A DNA stretch of 62,251 nucleotides, the filler included. It is 6 parts of 6 records of this genome, joined end to end, with 100 filler letters (N's around TTAATTAATTAA, not from the genome) between each part and the next. Parts side by side here need not be neighbours in the genome. Positions count along the whole stretch, not along the records: positions 47,868 to 62,251 come from SRR31156797_21041; 5 more parts are not named here. One strand, given 5' to 3'. The translations under genes and the position numbers were made by a program. Every line of letters starts with the position of its first letter. Within the stretch, counting starts at the first letter, position 1. Below, one piece after another: positions 56,500 through 62,251 of the stretch. The notes beneath the pieces are model-generated. The model worked only from the letters and a program-made list of their open reading frames with translations. It ran no database searches and was not told where the DNA came from.

Positions 56500-56994
56500 A
56501 TGGACGCCACCGAAAACCGATTTCCCATCCCAAAACTTCAAGGACACCACTGTTTCGCATGTGGTACAGACAATCCCATCGGGTTGAACATGCAGTTTTA
56601 CCGCACGGGCCATATGGTCTGCTCGGACATTACCCTGAATAAGAACCATGAAGGCTGGGAAAACATGGCCCACGGCGGCATCACCTCCACGCTGCTGGAT
56701 GAAGTCATGTCCTGGACCGTGCTGTATTTCAAAAGAACCTTTCTGGTCACCCGAAAAATGGACATGAAATATATCAAACCGGTGCCCCTGGGCGTGCCAT
56801 TGACCGTACGGGGGAAAATCCTGGATGAAACGGGCGCCCCAAAAATCATCATCAGGGGCGAAATCGTGGATGCTCAAAAGAAGCTTCTGGTCAGAAGCCG
56901 AGGCGAATTTGTGATGCTGGCTGAAAACCGGCTTTCTTCCGTTTCCCAAGGCATGAAACAGGAAATGATGGATATGTTTGAACAATTCGGATAA
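56500..56994 (+). CDS. PaaI-family thioesterase
   Basis: CFACG..NPIGL, HGG...TLLDE. Confidence 0.9.
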   Translation: MDATENRFPIPKLQGHHCFACGTDNPIGLNMQFYRTGHMVCSDITLNKNHEGWENMAHGGITSTLLDEVMSWTVLYFKRTFLVTRKMDMKYIKPVPLGVPLTVRGKILDETGAPKIIIRGEIVDAQKKLLVRSRGEFVMLAENRLSSVSQGMKQEMMDMFEQFG

Positions 56995-57039
56995 CCCAAT
57001 CCAAGCCGCAAAAAAAACCGAAAAAAGGACCTAAATCCC

Positions 57040-58380
57040 ATGTATACAGGATCACAGAAGCAGACCGTTGCCATTGTACCCTATGAAAAACCGACGGACT
57101 CTGTACGGAAAACCGTGGATTTATCCAAAGGACTGGACCACCTGCCTGCCGATGCAAGCGTATTCATAAAACCCAACATCGTTTTCTGGAGCCGTTTTGG
57201 CCCCTTTCCCGCCTACGGCGTCATTACCACGAGCCGGGTTGTGGAAGACATGGTCATCCTGCTCAAAGAAAGAGGCATCAAGAAGATCGTGATCGGAGAG
57301 GGCATTGTGCTTTTTGATCCCCGAGACCGTGAAACACCGGCCCATGCCTTTGAAACCCTCGGCTATAACACCTTGAAAAAAAAATACGGCGTCGAGATTG
57401 TCAACCTGTTTGAGCAGCCCTATGAAAAAATTAAATTTCGTGACGGTACGGTCCTCAATTTCAGCACGGACTTTCTCAAGGCGGATTTCGTGGTCAATAT
57501 ACCCGTGCTTAAAACTCACGCTCAAACAGTTGTCACCCTGGGAATCAAGAACCTGAAAGGAACCCTGGATATCAATTCTCGAAAAAAATGCCACAGTGCG
57601 GACACTGAAAAGGATCTTCACTACATGATCGCCAGGTTTCAAGAGATCCTGCCCAAGGGATTTACACTCATTGACGGGATTTATACCAACGAAAGGGGGC
57701 CCGGTTTTGACGGAAAGATAAGGCGTAAAAACCTGCTCATCGGAAGCCGGGATGTGATCTCCGCCGACAAGGTGGGCGCCATGGTGCTCGGCTATGACCC
57801 TTGGGAAGTTCCATACCTGGCTCAGACCGCCCATGAAGCCGGCAGACCCGTTAATCTGTCGGATACCGTTGTGGCGGGAGAAAAAATTGAAGCCGTGACA
57901 TCAAAACACCAATATAGTTTTCCCTATACGCCGGACGAATCTCAATCACTTCCCATAACCATGAAACGCATGGGGATTCAGGGGTTGAGCTTTCGCAAAT
58001 ATGATCATTCCATGTGTACCTATTGCTCCCTTTTAAATGGTATGATTCTGACGGCCATTTCGCAATCATGGGAGGGCGAACCGTGGGACGACGTTGAAGT
58101 ACTGACCGGAAAAATCATGGCGCCCACACCCGGAAAAAAGAAAACAATTCTCATGGGAAAATGCATGTATCAAAGCAATAAAAATAATCCGCATATCAAG
58201 GAAATGTTTGCCGTTAAAGGGTGTCCCCCGTCCATGACGCAGATCGTGAAAGCCTTTCAAACTGCGGGAATTCCCATCAGCCCGGATATTTTCGAAGCCA
58301 AAGAAAGGCTGCCGGCTTTTTTCATGAAAAAATATGAAGGGAAACCGGATTTTGACATGGGCCTGTTCAGGGTGAAATAA
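57040..58380 (+). CDS. DUF362 family Fe-S protein
   Basis: VFIKPN, PVLKTH..T.VTLGIKNLKG, C-terminal CTYC...GKC...KGCPP. Confidence 0.85.
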   Translation: MYTGSQKQTVAIVPYEKPTDSVRKTVDLSKGLDHLPADASVFIKPNIVFWSRFGPFPAYGVITTSRVVEDMVILLKERGIKKIVIGEGIVLFDPRDRETPAHAFETLGYNTLKKKYGVEIVNLFEQPYEKIKFRDGTVLNFSTDFLKADFVVNIPVLKTHAQTVVTLGIKNLKGTLDINSRKKCHSADTEKDLHYMIARFQEILPKGFTLIDGIYTNERGPGFDGKIRRKNLLIGSRDVISADKVGAMVLGYDPWEVPYLAQTAHEAGRPVNLSDTVVAGEKIEAVTSKHQYSFPYTPDESQSLPITMKRMGIQGLSFRKYDHSMCTYCSLLNGMILTAISQSWEGEPWDDVEVLTGKIMAPTPGKKKTILMGKCMYQSNKNNPHIKEMFAVKGCPPSMTQIVKAFQTAGIPISPDIFEAKERLPAFFMKKYEGKPDFDMGLFRVK

Positions 58381-58396
58381 ACGCAACCGGTTACGG

Positions 58397-59956
58397 TTAT
58401 TTAAGGTACGGTTCCCTGAGACCTTTCTTGAAAATCTTACCGGAACCGGTCTTGGGAAGGGCTTCCAGGAAATCCACGCTCTTGGGCGTTTTGTAGCCAG
58501 CCAGATCCTTTCGACAGTAGGCGATAATCTCTTCCGCGACAACGGAGCGCCCTTCCTTCAACACCACGCAGGCCTTGACCGCTTCTCCCCAGTGGGCATC
58601 CGGCACACCGATGACTGCGGCTTCCAGCACATGGGGGTGGGTGTAGAGAACATTTTCCACCTCCGATGAATAGACGTTTTCACCGCCCGTAAGGATCATG
58701 TCCTTTTTGCGATCCACAATATTCACATACCGCTCCGCGTCCATGACCGCCAGATCCCCGGTATAAAGCCATCCATCCCGAATGGCCTTGTGGGTCTCAT
58801 GGGGGAGACGCCAGTAGCCCGGCGTCACCGTATCCCCTTTCACAATGATCTCACCCACCTGTTTTTCGTCCATGGCCACATCATTTCCCTTTTCATCCAC
58901 CACACGAAGACTCACGCCGATAAATTCCCGCCCGGTTTTGGCTTTGAACGTAAGCTGCGCTTCAGTGGACAGGGTTTTCAGGTGATCCTTTAAAATGGAA
59001 AGGGTTAAATAGGGGCTGGTCTCCGTCATACCGTAGGTCTGGATATAATCGCACCCGAAAGCATCCACAATTTTACGCACTGTCTCCGGCGCAATGGGCG
59101 CACCGCCGCTCAGCACCACCCTCAGGCTGGAATAATCGAATTTTCCCACATGGGAATGGTTCACCATCATGTTAAGCATGGTGGGAATCAGGTTGCTGAG
59201 GGTAATTTTTTCTTCCTGAATCAGGCGGCACACGGAAAGTGCATCAAAGGAAGGGAGAAGGACATGTTTTCCTCCCACCCATGTCAGCGCGAAGGTGGCC
59301 CAGGCATCGGCCAGATGGAAAAGCGGCGCCACGTGAAACCACCGGTCCTGATCCGTCAAATGCAGTTCGGCAATGGTGCCCAATGCATGGCTTTTGACAT
59401 TTTTGTGGGTCAGCATAACCCCTTTGGGTCGCCCCGTGGTGCCGCTGGTGTAATAGAGGTGGGCCACGTCATCATCGCATATGGCAGGGGCCGGAGGTGG
59501 TTCATGGGGTTGGCTTTTCAATAACGTTTCATATTCTATGTGTGCCTCATTCAAACCATGGGCATGGGTTCCCGTCAGAACGGTTTTTTCCAGGGTTGAC
59601 ACACTTCGTGACAGGTCTTTCGCTTTTTCAAAAAAGGCGTCTTGCGCGATCAGCATGCGTGATTCGCTGTCGTTCAGGATTTCCGCAATCTCCCGGGTTG
59701 AAAGCCGGTAGTTGAGCGGCACCAGAACAATTCCCAGATGGGCGGCCGCAAAATAGGCTTCGAGAAATTCATGGGTGTTTTCATGGAGCACCGCAATCCG
59801 GTCGTGTTTCTCAAGGCCCAGGTCCCGCAACCCCTGCGCCAGGCGCCAGACTCTTGCGGCGAACTCCCGGTAAGTCATCCGCAAGTCTCCGCAGACAACG
59901 GCCTCTTTTTCAGGATACAGACGAACCGCTTTGGGAAGCAATTCATTCAATGGCAT
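58397..59956 (-). CDS. long-chain fatty-acid--CoA ligase
   Basis: YTSGTTGRPKG, YGMTE, TGD, DRKKD, PKTGSGKI; RBS AGGAG before ATG 59956. Confidence 0.93.
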   Translation of the reverse strand: MPLNELLPKAVRLYPEKEAVVCGDLRMTYREFAARVWRLAQGLRDLGLEKHDRIAVLHENTHEFLEAYFAAAHLGIVLVPLNYRLSTREIAEILNDSESRMLIAQDAFFEKAKDLSRSVSTLEKTVLTGTHAHGLNEAHIEYETLLKSQPHEPPPAPAICDDDVAHLYYTSGTTGRPKGVMLTHKNVKSHALGTIAELHLTDQDRWFHVAPLFHLADAWATFALTWVGGKHVLLPSFDALSVCRLIQEEKITLSNLIPTMLNMMVNHSHVGKFDYSSLRVVLSGGAPIAPETVRKIVDAFGCDYIQTYGMTETSPYLTLSILKDHLKTLSTEAQLTFKAKTGREFIGVSLRVVDEKGNDVAMDEKQVGEIIVKGDTVTPGYWRLPHETHKAIRDGWLYTGDLAVMDAERYVNIVDRKKDMILTGGENVYSSEVENVLYTHPHVLEAAVIGVPDAHWGEAVKACVVLKEGRSVVAEEIIAYCRKDLAGYKTPKSVDFLEALPKTGSGKIFKKGLREPYLK

Positions 59957-60032
59957 AATCTTAACTCCTTTTTGATCTAATAATCCCGCCCATTCAATAA
60001 CCCGAAATTTAATGGGATAACCGAAAAGACGC

Positions 60033-60851
60033 TCACGGAATCGCTTCAAATGACCGGATGGCTGAACGTACGACGTTTCGCATGCTCACGTTTCCAAAGC
60101 AAAACCATTTGATAAAATGCTGCTCTTTCAACCCCAGCTCACGAAATATCCGCTTTTCTTCGCACCCTTCTTCCCAGATTCTCTTGATGCTTCCATAAAG
60201 ATCTTCTAAAAACTGCAATTTTGATGCGATCCGCTGTTTTCCTTTTGTGGGTTTTGGGTGATGATTGCATAAAACAGTATCGAAACCAAAACAGAGGATT
60301 TTTCTCAGGCTTTCGATCTGATCTGAAATCACCTCGTCGGCCCTGAAGTATTTTATTCTGTCTGCAAGATACAAATCGCCCGAAAAAATAATGCCTCGGT
60401 TCGGTTCATGATAAATAACATGATCCTTGGAGTGCCCGGGTGTGTGAATTGCCTTGAGCCTGAAATTTGTCGTTTCCATAACCTCCGGCACGACCTCCAT
60501 TTCAAGGGGGACGGTTTTCCCCCACATGTAGTGCTGGTAGGGAAAAATACTGAAATCCGTTTTCATTTTCCCAACAGCCAAAGGATGTCCATAAACGGAA
60601 ACATTCAGGACATCCTTCAGGGCTGCGGCATTCCCGCTGTGATCTTCATGGTGATGGGTCAAAACGGCATTTTGAATATTACCGGCCTTCGCAATTTCAA
60701 TCACTTCCCGCCGCATGTGACGCAGACCCGTATCCACCATGAGATCATCCACCACATAAAGATAGACTGTCATCATGGGATGGCCGAACGGGGACCAGCC
60801 AAGTTCATAACCTTTCACATCCCCGAATTTGCGGCTTTTTACAAATCTCAT
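60033..60851 (-). CDS. metallo-beta-lactamase-fold hydrolase
   Basis: THHHEDHSG, TPGH, SGD. Confidence 0.9.
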   Translation of the reverse strand: MRFVKSRKFGDVKGYELGWSPFGHPMMTVYLYVVDDLMVDTGLRHMRREVIEIAKAGNIQNAVLTHHHEDHSGNAAALKDVLNVSVYGHPLAVGKMKTDFSIFPYQHYMWGKTVPLEMEVVPEVMETTNFRLKAIHTPGHSKDHVIYHEPNRGIIFSGDLYLADRIKYFRADEVISDQIESLRKILCFGFDTVLCNHHPKPTKGKQRIASKLQFLEDLYGSIKRIWEEGCEEKRIFRELGLKEQHFIKWFCFGNVSMRNVVRSAIRSFEAIP

Positions 60852-60875
60852 GGTTTCTTCATGTCTGAGAGATCC

Positions 60876-61280
60876 TCACTCATCCTCATAAACATTGGCA
60901 ATGCAGCAGAGAAAGGTGGCCGGTTCCGTGTCGGACAGATTTTTCATGCCATGGGGTTCCATACTGGGAATATAGATGGCATCTCCAGGCCCGACCATCT
61001 TGCTGGAAACCAACTCATTGGTTTCCAGGTCATACTGCCAGCATTCAAAACGTCCTGAGAGGATATACATGGTCTGGTGATAAAAATGGTTGTGGATGGG
61101 AATTTCGCCTCCCGGCTCAGCCGTAAAATGGCGCAGGCCGTATTCGGGTGTACCCATATCATCCTCTCCACATTTGCTCAACCACCGAACACTGATGCCC
61201 TTTACCTCATGGATCACACCCCGATAGGGAAATGTGTCAATTTTTATGGTCTCGCAGTCTTTAAAATTTTGAACGATCAT
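60876..61280 (-). CDS. cupin domain protein
   Basis: PGGEIPIHNHFYHQ..YILSG...PGD.IYIPS.EPH. Confidence 0.88.
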   Translation of the reverse strand: MIVQNFKDCETIKIDTFPYRGVIHEVKGISVRWLSKCGEDDMGTPEYGLRHFTAEPGGEIPIHNHFYHQTMYILSGRFECWQYDLETNELVSSKMVGPGDAIYIPSMEPHGMKNLSDTEPATFLCCIANVYEDE

Positions 61281-61344
61281 GGCCAATCTCCTCATATTAC
61301 AATTACGTTTAGTTAGCCTAAAAAATACCGTTTACGGATGGGTG

Positions 61345-62251
61345 CTAATGTTTATAACCGCCGGCAGATTCCTCGGTCAGAGGCGTTCTCACCGGGTTAT
61401 TATAAAAATAATCGATACAGCGCCGCATGTCACCCATGAGCAAGTTGCCAAGATCCCGGCTGACGCCGCGGCGCACCAGGATACGCTGGATCACCAGGTC
61501 CTCCCTGTTTGGGGGCATGGAATAGGCCGGCACCTGCCATCCTCTGCTTCTCAGCCGGTCTGCAAGATCGTAAAGGGTAAATCCCGGATTGACCCCATCC
61601 TTAAGGGACCAGCAGAGGGCCGGGATCCCGCCCCGGCCGTCATAAATCACCTTGAACAGCCCCATTTTACGGATCTCATCAGCCAGATAAGCAGCGGTAT
61701 GATAACAGGCCCGGTGAATTTTGCCATACCCCTCTTTGCCCAATCGCAGGAAATTGTAGTACTGGGCAACGATCTGTCCCCCGGGTCGCGAAAAGTTCAA
61801 AGCGAATGTGGGCATATTACCGCCCAGGTAATTGACCCTGAAAATCAATTCATCGGGCAAATCTTTCTTATCACGCCAGACAGCCCAGCCAACACCGAGG
61901 GACGCCAAGCCAAACTTATGGCCGGAGGCGTTGATGGATTTTACACGCGGCACACGAAAATCCCACTCCAAATCGGGATCAACAAAGGGGGCTAAAAACC
62001 CGCCGCTTGCGCCGTCCACATGGATGGGGATATCGAGACCCGTATCTTTTTGAAGCTGGTCCAGAGCATCGGCAACGGCTTTAACCGGTTCATACTGGCA
62101 GGTGAAGGTGACGCCCAGGGTGGGAACCACACCAATGGTATTTTCGTCACAACGTTTCACCACTTCTTCGGGCGTCATGATCAGGCGGTCACCATCCATG
62201 GGGATCTCCCGCAATTCCACATCCCAGTAGCGGGCGAACTTGTGCCAGCAG
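61345..62251 (-). CDS. gadB: glutamate decarboxylase, 5' truncated
   Basis: [24 protein letters not shown] lysine in SGHKFGL, YLGG, LNFSRP, GWQVPAY. Confidence 0.93.
   Translation of the reverse strand, partial: CWHKFARYWDVELREIPMDGDRLIMTPEEVVKRCDENTIGVVPTLGVTFTCQYEPVKAVADALDQLQKDTGLDIPIHVDGASGGFLAPFVDPDLEWDFRVPRVKSINASGHKFGLASLGVGWAVWRDKKDLPDELIFRVNYLGGNMPTFALNFSRPGGQIVAQYYNFLRLGKEGYGKIHRACYHTAAYLADEIRKMGLFKVIYDGRGGIPALCWSLKDGVNPGFTLYDLADRLRSRGWQVPAYSMPPNREDLVIQRILVRRGVSRDLGNLLMGDMRRCIDYFYNNPVRTPLTEESAGGYKH

Noticed and set aside
1-62251. CRISPR arrays, tRNA/rRNA genes, integrases, transposases
   Set aside because: None recognised by eye on either strand; dedicated scanners would be needed to exclude short RNAs.

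Overview
This window is not one locus. It is six unrelated contig fragments joined by artificial 100-nt spacers (44 N + TTAATTAATTAA + 44 N) at 13403-13502, 20194-20293, 28139-28238, 33951-34050 and 47768-47867. (A) 1-13402, Desulfobacterota-like, a redox/DNA-damage stress region: Fis-type regulator end, Asp-ligated ferredoxin, atypical rubrerythrin, a repeat-bracketed beta-barrel islet, alkA-ogt-ABM, a NemR-like TetR, an unannotated small putative selenoprotein, nifU-nifS, system II cytochrome c maturation genes and an OmpR-type two-component pair. (B) 13503-20193, very AT-rich and Arcobacter/Campylobacterota-like: Fur-boxed DUF4198-fecI-fecR-TonB receptor, metH and the start of ilvE. (C) 20294-28138: a DASS transporter and a stand-alone receiver transcribed from back-to-back sigma54 promoters, a sensor kinase, a second receiver, and the start of a DUF4347/NIDO giant surface protein. 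(D) 28239-33950: an uncharacterised catabolic cluster (racemase/isomerase, metal-free M24 hydrolase, small partner, amidase, GntR) divergent from an ABC solute-binding protein. (E) 34051-47767: split RdgC-like genes around a TPR gene, gatB-radC-hemW, and an oddly ordered flgE-flgN-flgK-flgL-fliD-flgD cassette. (F) 47868-62251: ftsE, TolC, an RND pump, a K+ channel, a prmA-like gene, acyl-CoA metabolism genes and glutamate decarboxylase. The best novel candidate is a 55-aa membrane-anchored U-x4-C selenoprotein at 5462-5629. It is absent from the ORF track, has an in-frame TGA followed by a SECIS-like hairpin, and lies downstream of a duplicated TetR operator. All taxonomic and family assignments come from motif recognition only; no searches were run.
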